From: an uncultured Pelagibacteraceae bacterium | GTDB lineage: Bacteria > Pseudomonadota > Alphaproteobacteria > Pelagibacterales > Pelagibacteraceae | Direction of reading: 5' to 3' | Assembly: GCA_902543245.1 (NCBI GenBank) | Contig: CACBXQ010000007.1 | Coordinates: 161-64,160, forward strand | DNA length: 64,000 bases | Part shown: positions 20,766-30,226 of the stretch, in pieces | Layout: every line of letters starts with the position of its first letter | Position numbering within the stretch: the stretch's first letter is position 1 | Program-made: the position numbers and the translations under genes | The notes under the pieces: model-generated | Seen by the model: the letters and a program-made list of their open reading frames with translations, nothing else | What the model was told of the DNA's origin: nothing | Databases searched by the model: none

Positions 20766-21132
20766 TCAGGCTTATAAGTCAATTGGTGAAGTCGCCAAGC
20801 TTCTAAATTTAGTTAATAAAAAAAATGGAAATTTGAGCACTCATACGATAAGATATTGGGAAAAAGAGTTTAAAAATATTAAACCACGTATTTTGTCAGG
20901 TAGAAGACGTTACTATGATAATGTTGAAATCGAAAAATTAAAAAAAATTAAATTTCTTCTTAAAACAAAAGGTTTAACAATAAAAGGTGCTAAATATTTT
21001 CTTGATAATGACAATTCTTTAGATCTTGACGAAACATCAAATCATTCTATAAACACACTTAATAAAGAAATTTTAAAAAAAAAAATTAATAAAATTTCTA
21101 AACTAATAAAAAATATTAAAATTAGAAAATAA
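20749..21132 (+). CDS. MerR-family transcriptional regulator
   Basis: SIGEVA..HTIRYWEKEF..GRRRYY; follows ihfA. Confidence 0.92.
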   Translation: MTEKSDQAYKSIGEVAKLLNLVNKKNGNLSTHTIRYWEKEFKNIKPRILSGRRRYYDNVEIEKLKKIKFLLKTKGLTIKGAKYFLDNDNSLDLDETSNHSINTLNKEILKKKINKISKLIKNIKIRK

Positions 21133-21323
21133 TGGCAAAAAAAACTCATGTAAAAGTAAGACTGGTACCTGAAGCTAAACCTGATAGTGCATTCTATTAT
21201 TATGTAAAAAAACCTGCTGGTGGCGAAAAAGCTAAAGATAAGTTAAAAGCTAAGAAATATAATCCATCAACCAGAAAGCATGAAATGTTTGTTGAAAAAA
21301 AATTACCACCTCATAGTAAGTAA
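21132..21323 (+). CDS. rpmG: 50S ribosomal protein L33
   Basis: MAKK..VRL, KL..KKYNP..RKH..F.EKK. Confidence 0.9.
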   Translation: MAKKTHVKVRLVPEAKPDSAFYYYVKKPAGGEKAKDKLKAKKYNPSTRKHEMFVEKKLPPHSK

Positions 21324-21611
21324 TTATTTTTTAAAATTTCGTCTTTCATAATCAATATATGACCAAATCATATTTTTCCAGATTCTGTTTGTAATTTTAG
21401 GATCAATTTTCTTTTTGATTGATAAAACTTTAATTTTTTTTAAAATTATATTTATTCTTTTTCTATCAACAATTTGATTTTTAAATTTTTTTAAGTTAAG
21501 TACTTTTCTAACAAGTATTGATCTTTTTTTAATTATATTTAAAAGCTCTAAATCAACAATATCTAGTTTTTTTCTTAATTTTTGGAGTTCTTTAGTATTT
21601 TTTGGCGACAT
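21324..21611 (-). CDS. Chorismate mutase (AroQ type II)
   Basis: LRKKLDIVD..LL..IKKR, K..IVD.KR pattern. Confidence 0.85.
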   Translation of the reverse strand: MSPKNTKELQKLRKKLDIVDLELLNIIKKRSILVRKVLNLKKFKNQIVDRKRINIILKKIKVLSIKKKIDPKITNRIWKNMIWSYIDYERRNFKK

Positions 21612-21654
21612 TTATTCAATTGGCTTTATTAAAAATTAATATATTTATCTCAAT

Positions 21655-22686
21655 ATGTATACACAAAATAATGGAATAAATCATAAAGTTTCTCAGTGGT
21701 TACTGTCAATGTTCATTATAATTTCATTTATGATAGTAGTAGGGGGATTAACAAGATTAACTGATTCTGGTTTATCAATTACACAGTGGCAATTATTTTC
21801 TGGTTTTCTTCCTCCTTTAACTCAAAATGATTGGGTTTATTATTTTGATTTATACAAAAAAATACCTGAATTTTATTTACAAAACTACGATATGACTTTA
21901 CAGGAGTTTAAAGTGATCTTTTGGTGGGAGTGGGCTCACAGATTTCTTGGTAGATTAATTGGAATTCTATATCTCATTCCATTAATTTATTTTTCATTCA
22001 AACTAAACTTTAAAAAATTAATTCCTTTGTATTTAATTTTCTTCTTAATATGTTTTCAAGGATTTATAGGTTGGTATATGGTTTCCAGCGGCCTAGTTGA
22101 TAGGGTTGACGTAAGCCATTTTCGTTTAGCAGTACATTTATTAATAGCATTTATAATTCTTTCTTTAATATTTTATTATTTTCTTAATTTTAAAAATGTT
22201 AAAAAATCTTTGAATAATTTAAACCGGTTTATTCCTATTGTATTTCTTTTATTAATTTATTTACAAATTACGTTTGGTGCTTTTGTTTCAGGTATGGATG
22301 CAGGCAAAATCTATAATTCATGGCCATTAATGGGCTCCTCTTTTTTTCCTGATGATAGTAATATTAGTGAGATACTAACTCTATCCTCCTTAAGTGATAG
22401 ATCTATAGTTCAATTTATCCACAGAAATCTTGCATATATTATTTTAATTTTTTATATCTATATTTTCTTTAGAATTTATTTTTTAGGACTTAGGGAATAT
22501 TATAATACTATATACACAGTAGGATTTCTTCTTTTTACACAAGTAATTCTTGGAATTATAACACTTTTGTCTGGTGCAACAATTTTCTATTCATCGTTGC
22601 ACCAGATAAGTTCAATATTTCTTGTTAGTTCATGTATCTATTTCTTATACATAAACTTTAGTTTTAGCCAACAGCCTTCAAGTTAG
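21655..22686 (+). CDS. ctaA: Heme A synthase (COX15/CtaA)
   Basis: VGGLTRLTDSGLSITQW, WEWAHR, GWYMVSSG, RLAVH and QFIHR motifs. Confidence 0.96.
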   Translation: MYTQNNGINHKVSQWLLSMFIIISFMIVVGGLTRLTDSGLSITQWQLFSGFLPPLTQNDWVYYFDLYKKIPEFYLQNYDMTLQEFKVIFWWEWAHRFLGRLIGILYLIPLIYFSFKLNFKKLIPLYLIFFLICFQGFIGWYMVSSGLVDRVDVSHFRLAVHLLIAFIILSLIFYYFLNFKNVKKSLNNLNRFIPIVFLLLIYLQITFGAFVSGMDAGKIYNSWPLMGSSFFPDDSNISEILTLSSLSDRSIVQFIHRNLAYIILIFYIYIFFRIYFLGLREYYNTIYTVGFLLFTQVILGIITLLSGATIFYSSLHQISSIFLVSSCIYFLYINFSFSQQPSS

Positions 22687-23992
22687 GTTTTCCTGAAGCT
22701 GAAAGAGCTTGATCTAGATCAGCTATTATATCATCTGGATGCTCTATCCCAATTGATAATCTAACATAACCTGGTGTTACACCAGCAGCCAATAATTCCT
22801 CAGGTGTTAACTGACTATGCGTTGTTGTTGCTGGGTGTATTGCTAGACTTCTTGCATCTCCAATGTTTGCTACATGGTAAAACATTTTTAATGCCTCTAT
22901 AAATTTTTTACCAGCTTCTACACCACCTTTAACTTCAATACCCACTAAAGCACCATTTCCACCTTTAAAGTATCTTTTAGCTCTATCTCCAACTTCACCT
23001 TTATGTAGAGTTGGATATATAACTCTTTCAACATTTTTATGTTTAGACAGAAACTCAACAGCTTTAGTAGCATTAGAACAATGTTGTTTCATTCTTAATG
23101 GTGCTGTTTCTAGACCTTGTATAATACCCCAAGCATTATCAGGTGCTAATGGTGCACCTAAATCTCTTAGTAGACAAACTCTAGCCCTTACTGCAAATGC
23201 TACGTTAGCACCAGTTAATTGAGGAACTACTTCTCCCCAAACTGCTCCACCGTAACTAGCATCAGGTTCATTAAACATAGGTTGTCTTTTTGGGTCAGTG
23301 GTCCAATCAAAATTTCCACCATCAACTAGACAACCACCAATAACAGTTCCATGACCACCAATGAATTTAGTTAATGAGTGAACTACAACTGCCGCACCAT
23401 GCTCAAGTGGTTTACATATAACTGGTGCTGCTGTGTTATCCATAATTAATGGTATGTTATGCTTTCTTCCAATGTCAGAAACTTCCTTAATAGGAAAAAC
23501 TCTAAGGTAAGGATTGGGTAGAGTTTCAGCATAAAAACATCTTGTTTTTTCATCTACTAGTTTTTCAAAATTTTTAGGATCTGAAGGATCTGCATATCTG
23601 CATTCAATTCCTAATTTTTTTAATGTATGTGTAAACAGATTAACTGTTCCTCCATAAAGATCTGTAGAACTAATAAAATTATCACCAGCTTGACAAACAT
23701 TCATTATAGCAAATGTTGACGCTGCTTGACCAGAACCTACAGTTACGCAAGCTAATCCACCCTCTAATGCAGCAACTCTTTTCTCTAACACATCATTAGT
23801 TGGATTCATTATTCTAGTATAAATATTTCCAAATTCTTTAAGCGCAAATAAATTTGCAGCATGATCTGTATTGTTAAATTGATAAGAAGTTGTCCTGTAC
23901 AATGGAACAGCAACTGCAGTTGTTGCAGGGTCACTTCTATAATCACCTCCGTGTAACGCTATGGTTTCAGGATTTTTTATATTTTTTGACAT
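22664..23992 (-). CDS. metY: O-acetylhomoserine aminocarboxypropyltransferase (sulfhydrylase)
   Basis: IYTRIMNPT, HSLTKFIGGHG (PLP Lys) and ANIGDARSL.IHPATTTH motifs. Confidence 0.95.
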   Translation of the reverse strand: MSKNIKNPETIALHGGDYRSDPATTAVAVPLYRTTSYQFNNTDHAANLFALKEFGNIYTRIMNPTNDVLEKRVAALEGGLACVTVGSGQAASTFAIMNVCQAGDNFISSTDLYGGTVNLFTHTLKKLGIECRYADPSDPKNFEKLVDEKTRCFYAETLPNPYLRVFPIKEVSDIGRKHNIPLIMDNTAAPVICKPLEHGAAVVVHSLTKFIGGHGTVIGGCLVDGGNFDWTTDPKRQPMFNEPDASYGGAVWGEVVPQLTGANVAFAVRARVCLLRDLGAPLAPDNAWGIIQGLETAPLRMKQHCSNATKAVEFLSKHKNVERVIYPTLHKGEVGDRAKRYFKGGNGALVGIEVKGGVEAGKKFIEALKMFYHVANIGDARSLAIHPATTTHSQLTPEELLAAGVTPGYVRLSIGIEHPDDIIADLDQALSASGKPNLKAVG

Positions 23993-23998
23993 ATGAGA

Positions 23999-24051
23999 CT
24001 CCGTTAATTTGATTAATTATTAATTTAACAAGATAAATACTCACATTTCAA
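23999..24051 (-). promoter_or_regulatory. Candidate sigma70 promoter and ribosome-binding site for metY
   Basis: On -: TTGAAA (24051-24046), 18 nt, TAAATT (24027-24022); GGAG (24002-23999) 6 nt before the ATG. Confidence 0.45.
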
Positions 24052-24074
24052 GGTATAATGAATACAATTTAAAA

Positions 24075-24103
24075 TTGACTTTATGTATAAATCTAAGTAT
24101 TTA
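24075..24103 (+). promoter_or_regulatory. Candidate sigma70 promoter for rplM-rpsI
   Basis: TTGACT, 17 nt, TATTTA, ending 10 nt before ATG 24114. Confidence 0.4.
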
Positions 24104-24113
24104 TGCGCATCTT

Positions 24114-24572
24114 ATGACTAATTTTTTAAAAAAAAGTGAACTAAACAACGCATGGTACATAATAGATGGCAAAAATGCTATTATTGGTCGATTAGCATCT
24201 GTTATTGCAAAAATATTAAGAGGCAAACATAAAACTACTTTCACACCACATATGGACAATGGAGATTTTGTAGTTGTAAAGAATGTTGAGTCAATTAAGT
24301 TTACCGGAAAAAAATTAGAAGATAAAAAATACTATCGACACACTGGATATCCAGGTGGTATTAAAGAAATTAATCCATTAAAATTAAATGAAAAAAAACC
24401 AGGTGAAAGTTTAAAGCTCGCTGTGAAAAGAATGTTACCTGGTGGGCCATTGGCGAAAAAACAACTTACTAAATTAAAACTTTACACTGGAGAGAGTCAC
24501 CCTCATGAGGCTCAAAACCCTAAAATTATTGAATTGTCTAAATTAAATAAAAAAAATATAACACGAAATTAA
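24114..24572 (+). CDS. rplM: 50S ribosomal protein L13
   Basis: WYIIDG..GRLAS, GKHK..FTPHMDNGD and YRHTGYPGG; ATG 24114 preferred over TTG 24075. Confidence 0.97.
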   Translation: MTNFLKKSELNNAWYIIDGKNAIIGRLASVIAKILRGKHKTTFTPHMDNGDFVVVKNVESIKFTGKKLEDKKYYRHTGYPGGIKEINPLKLNEKKPGESLKLAVKRMLPGGPLAKKQLTKLKLYTGESHPHEAQNPKIIELSKLNKKNITRN

Positions 24573-25003
24573 TGGAAGAAAATTCACAAACAACAGAAGA
24601 GATTAAGTTAAATTTTAAAGAAAGCATGTATGCAACAGGTAGAAGAAAAACTTCAATTGCTAAAATTTGGCTTAAAAAAGGTACTGGCAAAATTTTTGTA
24701 AATGGTAAAAATTTTCAAGACTATTTCACAAGTGATACTCATAAAATGCAAATTTTAAGACCATTTGAAGTAATCGACCAAGCTACTCAATACGATGTAA
24801 GATGCCAAGTTATTGGTGGTGGTCATACAGGCCAAGCTGGCGCTATGGTTCATGGAATATCAAGAGCATTAGTAAAATTTGACGAAAATTTTAAAACAAC
24901 TTTAAGAAAAGAAAAGCTTACAACAAGAGATTCACGTGCTGTTGAAAGAAAAAAACCAGGTAGAGCAAAGGCACGAAAAAGTTATCAGTTTTCTAAAAGA
25001 TAA
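24572..25003 (+). CDS. rpsI: 30S ribosomal protein S9
   Basis: ATGRRK, GGGHTGQAGA and ERKKPG..KARK..QFSKR motifs. Confidence 0.98.
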   Translation: MEENSQTTEEIKLNFKESMYATGRRKTSIAKIWLKKGTGKIFVNGKNFQDYFTSDTHKMQILRPFEVIDQATQYDVRCQVIGGGHTGQAGAMVHGISRALVKFDENFKTTLRKEKLTTRDSRAVERKKPGRAKARKSYQFSKR

Positions 25004-25035
25004 CACTTTTTTCAATTTTTATAGTAATATTATAT

Positions 25036-26055
25036 ATGGGCAAATTAAATGTATTGGTCGCAGGATCTACTGGTTATATAGGTGTACAGCTTATTAAACA
25101 TTTATGCGCGCATACGAAAATAAATATTAAATATCTTTGTGGTAATTCATCCGTAGGAAAAAAAATATCTTTATATGATAAAACTTTAATTAAGTATAAG
25201 TTACCAAGAATTGTTAAATTTAATAAAAAATATTTATTTGATGTAGATATTGTCTTTACAGCATTACCTAATGGAGAGGCTCAAATTTTATCAAATTTAT
25301 TATTACCCAATAATCTTTTAATCGATTTGTCTGCAGACTTTAGAATAACAAATTCTTCTGTTTATAAAAAATTTTATCACATCATGCACAAGTCAAAATC
25401 AAATATTAAAAAAAGCATTTATTTTTTGCCTGAAATAAATAAAAAAAACATAAACAAATATAAAATAATATCATGTCCAGGTTGTTATCCAACATCAATA
25501 CTAATTCCTTTAGTTCCATTACTAAAAAGAAAATTAATTAATAAAAATAATATAATTATAGACTCAAAATCTGGATATTCAGGAGCTGGTAGAGGAGTTC
25601 ATCAAAAGTATAAAAATCATAATTTGTATGAGTCACTTAGTTCTTATGGGGTAGGCTTTCATAGACATAATTCTGAAATTACCCAAGAATTCTCAAAAAT
25701 TAGTAAAAAAATAATTTATAATTTTACACCACATTTAACGCCGATGTTTAGAGGTATTTTAAGCAGCATATATCTTGATCTACCAGAAGGAATATCAGCA
25801 AAAAAAATTTTATCATTTCTCAAAAAAGAGTACAAAAATAGAGAATTTGTTAAATTTGAAAAACTTAATAAGCCTTTAAGTACGAATAGTGTTATTAATT
25901 CAAATAATTGTTTATTATCAATTTGTGAAACTAGATATAAAAATAGAATAGTACTTTTTTCTGCTATTGATAATCTTATTAAGGGTGGAGCAGGACAGGC
26001 AATACAAAATATGAATATTTACTTTGGTTTCAAAGAAAATTTAGGTTTAAAATGA
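25036..26055 (+). CDS. argC: N-acetyl-gamma-glutamyl-phosphate reductase
   Basis: GSTGYIG, DLSADFR, PGCYPT, SGYSGAG and DNLIKGGAGQA motifs. Confidence 0.97.
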   Translation: MGKLNVLVAGSTGYIGVQLIKHLCAHTKINIKYLCGNSSVGKKISLYDKTLIKYKLPRIVKFNKKYLFDVDIVFTALPNGEAQILSNLLLPNNLLIDLSADFRITNSSVYKKFYHIMHKSKSNIKKSIYFLPEINKKNINKYKIISCPGCYPTSILIPLVPLLKRKLINKNNIIIDSKSGYSGAGRGVHQKYKNHNLYESLSSYGVGFHRHNSEITQEFSKISKKIIYNFTPHLTPMFRGILSSIYLDLPEGISAKKILSFLKKEYKNREFVKFEKLNKPLSTNSVINSNNCLLSICETRYKNRIVLFSAIDNLIKGGAGQAIQNMNIYFGFKENLGLK

Positions 26056-26252
26056 GAAAAATAATTTTAATAGTAATTTTTCTAAATGGATGTTCGTTTA
26101 CAGATGTTGGATATTTAAAAGACCAAAAAAAAAATATTAATGACACAAATAATGATAAAATAAATTTTGATATAGATTACACTATAGATGAATATATGTC
26201 TTTATTGGAAAAATATAGCAAGGATAGTGATTATCCAAATATGAATAAATAA
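26052..26252 (+). CDS. Small hypothetical lipoprotein
   Basis: MRKIILIVIFLNGC lipobox; fills the argC-hom gap with a coupled start/stop. Confidence 0.7.
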   Translation: MRKIILIVIFLNGCSFTDVGYLKDQKKNINDTNNDKINFDIDYTIDEYMSLLEKYSKDSDYPNMNK

Positions 26253-26254
26253 AT

Positions 26255-27541
26255 ATGAAAGAAGTGGGAATTGGCATTATTGGAGTAGGCAATATAGGTA
26301 GTTATCTATTCAAGGAAATTAATTCTATAAAATCAGAGATAAACAAAAATTTAGGTTTCAAAATTAAAATTATTGGTGTTGCTGTTAAAAATCCAAAAAA
26401 GAAAAGAGCTATAAAGATAAATAAAAATCTGTTCTATAAAAATCCAATTGAATTAGTAAAAAATAATAAAGTAAATATTTTGTTTGAATTAATAGGAATG
26501 TCTGATGGAATTTCAAAAAAAGTAGTTGAAATTGCGCTAATAAATAAAAAACATGTAATTACAGCAAATAAAGCATTAATTTCTAAGCATGGTGAATATT
26601 TGTCGAAATTAGCAGAAAAAAATAATGTAAATTTAGAATTTGAAGCCTCAGTTGGTGGTGGTATTCCAGTTTTAAGAACTATAAAGGATGGATTGGCTAC
26701 TAACAAAATTTCTAAAGTGGTTGGTATATTAAATGGTACGTCCAATTACATTCTCACTGAAATGGAAAAAACAAGAAAATCATTTAAAGAGGTTTTGTTA
26801 AAATCGCAAAAACTTGGACTGGCTGAAGCTAATCCTAAATTTGATCTTGATGGTAGTGATGTTCTATCGAAAGTTAAAATACTTTCATCTCTTGCCTTTA
26901 AAAAACAGATATCCTTAAAAAAATGTCTCAAGGAAGGAATTGAGAATATTGATTTAAAGGATATAGAAATGGCAAGAAATCTTAACTTAAGAATAAAATT
27001 ATTAGGTATAACAGAAATAATTAATAATAGTCTTTTTGAAAGAGTGCATACTAGTCTAGTACCAGATGATAATTATATTGCTAATATTGATGGCGCAATG
27101 AATGCAGTCATACTGAAAGGAGTACCAGTTGGTGAAAGTGTTCTGCAAGGGGAGGGCGCTGGTCCTGGACCTACTTCATCAGCATTAATGTCAGATTTAT
27201 TGTCAATATTACGTGGAAATATTAAATATCCTTTTGGTATACCAAATAATAAGCGATACAAGATCAAAACTTACAATGAGGACTTATACGAAAATTCTTT
27301 ATATTTAAGACTCGAGGTTAATGATAAACCGGGTGTCTTATCTGATTTAACTAAAATTCTTGCCAAGTATAAAATTTCTATTCAAAGACTTATTCAAATT
27401 CCTGATAAAAAAAACAAGAAAGCAACTATTGTGATTATTACACATAAATGTTTAGAGAAAAATTCTATAAGTTGTATTAATAATCTTAATAAGAATAAGA
27501 ATGTTTTAAAAAATCCAGTTTTAATCCGTTTATTTGCATAA
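26255..27541 (+). CDS. hom: Homoserine dehydrogenase
   Basis: GVGNIG, VITANKA, EASVGGGIP, NGTSNYIL and GAGPGPT motifs; C-terminal ACT domain. Confidence 0.97.
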   Translation: MKEVGIGIIGVGNIGSYLFKEINSIKSEINKNLGFKIKIIGVAVKNPKKKRAIKINKNLFYKNPIELVKNNKVNILFELIGMSDGISKKVVEIALINKKHVITANKALISKHGEYLSKLAEKNNVNLEFEASVGGGIPVLRTIKDGLATNKISKVVGILNGTSNYILTEMEKTRKSFKEVLLKSQKLGLAEANPKFDLDGSDVLSKVKILSSLAFKKQISLKKCLKEGIENIDLKDIEMARNLNLRIKLLGITEIINNSLFERVHTSLVPDDNYIANIDGAMNAVILKGVPVGESVLQGEGAGPGPTSSALMSDLLSILRGNIKYPFGIPNNKRYKIKTYNEDLYENSLYLRLEVNDKPGVLSDLTKILAKYKISIQRLIQIPDKKNKKATIVIITHKCLEKNSISCINNLNKNKNVLKNPVLIRLFA

Positions 27542-28444
27542 ATGGAAATTTACATAAAGCTATTTGAAGTTCTTTTTCCAGTTTTTTTTGTTATTGGTAT
27601 TGGTTATTACATTGGTAAAAAAGACAAAAAATTTAACACAACCTTTATTACAAACTTTGCAGCAAATGTGGGTTCACCTGCTATGATTATTTATGCATTG
27701 AATGTTAAAAATGTATCCTTTTCAGTATTTTTAGACTATTTTTTTTATTATCTTTTAGCAATTATCTCATTTGCTGTTGTAGGTATTATATTTTTATTTT
27801 TTCTCAAATCTAAAGATATAGTAAGAGAATTACCACCTTTTATGATGCCAAATACTGGAAATATGGGTTTTCCCATATGTTTATTTGCATATGGTCACGA
27901 AGGTTTGGGTGTAGCTGCTGCAATTACTGCATTAATAATTCTATTTCATTTTACTGTTGGTGTTTTTTTGGCTGATAGAAAAATTAGTTTTGATGTAATT
28001 CTAAAAAGTCCAGCATTTTATACGATTATTTTTTCAGTAATCTTGCTTTATTACAAAATAAAACTTCCTGTTTTTGTTGAAAATACATCATTTCTTTTAA
28101 TGTACGCCACAATATTTTTAATTTTAATGTCATTAGGTATAGCTTTAACTAGATTAAAAGTTTTTTCGTTTAAGAAATCATTTATTTCATCATTAGCAAG
28201 AGTGATTATTGGACCAGCTATAGGTTTTGGAATAATTCATTATTATAGTTTAACTGGATTTGCAGCTGGTGTCCTTTTAATCCAATGCTCAATGCCAAGC
28301 GCTGTCCTCAACTTTCTTGTTGGATCATTGTATTCGCCGAAAGAGACTGTAGACGATGTTGCAAGTATGATATTTGTTTCAACTGTTTTGTCATTTATAA
28401 CTGTTCCAATTATAGTATTTATAGCCTTAAAATATTTTATATAA
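27542..28444 (+). CDS. AEC (auxin efflux carrier)-family transporter
   Basis: About 10 TM segments; PNTGNMGFP and SMPSAV motifs. Confidence 0.88.
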   Translation: MEIYIKLFEVLFPVFFVIGIGYYIGKKDKKFNTTFITNFAANVGSPAMIIYALNVKNVSFSVFLDYFFYYLLAIISFAVVGIIFLFFLKSKDIVRELPPFMMPNTGNMGFPICLFAYGHEGLGVAAAITALIILFHFTVGVFLADRKISFDVILKSPAFYTIIFSVILLYYKIKLPVFVENTSFLLMYATIFLILMSLGIALTRLKVFSFKKSFISSLARVIIGPAIGFGIIHYYSLTGFAAGVLLIQCSMPSAVLNFLVGSLYSPKETVDDVASMIFVSTVLSFITVPIIVFIALKYFI

Positions 28445-29289
28445 TGAAGGCAATAGTTTTTAATTTATCAGCATGGATGATTCTGCCATTCATGGATGCT
28501 ATTGCAAAATTCTTATCTACAGATTTATCTTTTTTTCAAGTAACTTGGGCAAGATATTTCTTTACCGTAGTTTTGGTTTTACCTTTCATGTTAATTTTTG
28601 TAAAAGATAGCATCAGAGGTTCCAAAAACATTAAATTACAAATTTATAGAGGGTTAGCATTATTTTCTGCTAACATATGTTTTTTCTATTCGATATCAGT
28701 AATTTCAATGGCCAAAGCTCTTACTTTAGCTTTCATTGCACCTTTAATTACAACTGCTTTATCTCCAAAATTTCTTAATGAAAAAGTTGGATTTAGAAGA
28801 TGGTCTGCTGTTTTAGTTGGGTTTCTTGGTTGTTTAGTTGTTATTAGACCAGGTTTTTTAGATTTTAACTTGGCTACCATTGCAGCACTCGGTACTGGGT
28901 GCTCATATGGTGTATATCTGGTGATTACCAGATCTCTTCATTCAACAGATCCTCCGTTTCTAACTCTCTTATTAACGGGTATAGTAGGGCTCACCATAGG
29001 ATCCTTTTTTGTTCCATTGGTTTGGGAACCACCAACTACTATTCAGTGGTTATGGATGTGTTTAATGGGCTTATTTGCTTGTTTAGGTCATATATTCCTG
29101 ATTATATCCTTAAAATATAGTGACGCTTCAAAACTTGCACCATTTGGCTATTTTGAAATATTACCTAACATAATTTTAGGTTATTATTTCTTTGGTGATT
29201 TTCCTGATATTTGGACCTTTATAGGTTTAACTATAATTATTTCTTCTGGATTTTATGTTTTTAGAAGAGAACTAATAGTAAATAAATAG
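28444..29289 (+). CDS. DMT/EamA-family transporter
   Basis: MDAIAK, P....ALS..FL.EKVG..RW..V..GF.G..VVIRPG and AS.LAPF.Y motifs. The real start is ATG 28444 (TAATG coupling to the AEC gene), not 28285. Confidence 0.9.
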   Translation: MKAIVFNLSAWMILPFMDAIAKFLSTDLSFFQVTWARYFFTVVLVLPFMLIFVKDSIRGSKNIKLQIYRGLALFSANICFFYSISVISMAKALTLAFIAPLITTALSPKFLNEKVGFRRWSAVLVGFLGCLVVIRPGFLDFNLATIAALGTGCSYGVYLVITRSLHSTDPPFLTLLLTGIVGLTIGSFFVPLVWEPPTTIQWLWMCLMGLFACLGHIFLIISLKYSDASKLAPFGYFEILPNIILGYYFFGDFPDIWTFIGLTIIISSGFYVFRRELIVNK

Positions 29290-29295
29290 TATTAA

Positions 29296-29320
29296 ATACT
29301 TAATAATATACATTAAGTAT
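29296..29320. repeat. Perfect 9-bp inverted repeat with 7-bp spacer, containing a dif-core-like sequence
   Basis: ATACTTAAT-AATATAC-ATTAAGTAT; the minus strand contains TAA TGTATA TTAT. Confidence 0.7.
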
Positions 29321-29740
29321 ATATTGTAAAATGTTGATTTTATTGAACAAAATTAATTAATTAAAGTAAATTATAATAATACAATTAATGATCAAATATA
29401 GTTATTTTAAAAATGAAAAAAAAAATAAGTTACTAAAACACTAGAAAAAAGACCAGAAAATTGGGTAATTGATTGTCAAGCACATTTAACTTTATAAATA
29501 ATTTTCACCCATACCTGGTAAATGTACTTATTAAACATATAACTTTAAATAAAATTATAAAATTTAATCTAAAAATGTCTAAAATTTACGAGCTTTGCAT
29601 TATTGGAATATAGCATTTAAAGGGTCATTTAGGGGCTAAATTTAGTGATTGATCATAATATGGTACAACTAAAGGGTGAATATATATAAATATAGCTTAG
29701 AAGGGTGGAGATATAAAATAAACGTTGATTTTTAACACTT

Positions 29741-30010
29741 TTAGAGCAAAAAACCCTCTTTTTTTAGTATCTTTTTCTTCGTTTTTATCCCTCCTGGAGC
29801 AGTATATCCACCTAGTGAACCATCAGATCTTATAACTCTATGACATGGAATTTTTGGTGCATATGGATTTTTAGCACAAGCGTTTGCTACAGCTCTAGCA
29901 GATTTTGGCATTTTTATTGCTATTGCCACTTGTTTGTAAGTTCTAACTTCGCCTTTAGGTATTTTTCTTAAATAATTCCATACTTTTAGCTGAAATTTAG
30001 TCCCTTTCAT
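29741..30010 (-). CDS. Minimal O6-methylguanine-DNA methyltransferase (MGMT C-terminal domain only)
   Basis: FQ.KVW..L.KIP.G...TY, ARAVANAC..NP and active-site IPCHRV. Confidence 0.9.
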   Translation of the reverse strand: MKGTKFQLKVWNYLRKIPKGEVRTYKQVAIAIKMPKSARAVANACAKNPYAPKIPCHRVIRSDGSLGGYTAPGGIKTKKKILKKEGFLL

Positions 30011-30012
30011 GA

Positions 30013-30177
30013 TTATGTCATCAATAAAGCTAATAAAACGAAAATACTTATTAAAAATAGACCAAATATAACCAATAATGTCCTTGTTCTGCCCTTAGGG
30101 CTTAAATTACTCCAGAATTTAGCTACTAAAAAGCAAAAAACTACAACTATTAATCCTATTATTACATATTTAGGCAT
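30013..30177 (-). CDS. Small hypothetical two-TM membrane protein, 54 aa (missing from the ORF track)
   Basis: Hand translation: MPKYVIIGLIVVVFCFLVAKFWSNLSPKGRTRTLLVIFGLFLISIFVLLALLMT; its stop lies 2 bp before the MGMT start. Confidence 0.7.
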   Translation of the reverse strand: MPKYVIIGLIVVVFCFLVAKFWSNLSPKGRTRTLLVIFGLFLISIFVLLALLMT

Positions 30178-30226
30178 TCGAATTCTTTATATTAAATTTG
30201 AAAATACTACAATTGTTCATATTCTA

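Noticed and set aside
22415-22423. Perfect DnaA box TTATCCACA
   Set aside because: A single copy inside ctaA encoding the conserved FIHR motif.
29600-29710. Canonical KOPS (GGGNAGGG)
   Set aside because: No exact match; only shorter AAGGGT/AGGGG motifs, reported as tentative.
29290-29740. Long AT-rich region as oriC
   Set aside because: No DnaA boxes seen in it, no dnaA/parAB/hemE context, and genes converge rather than diverge.
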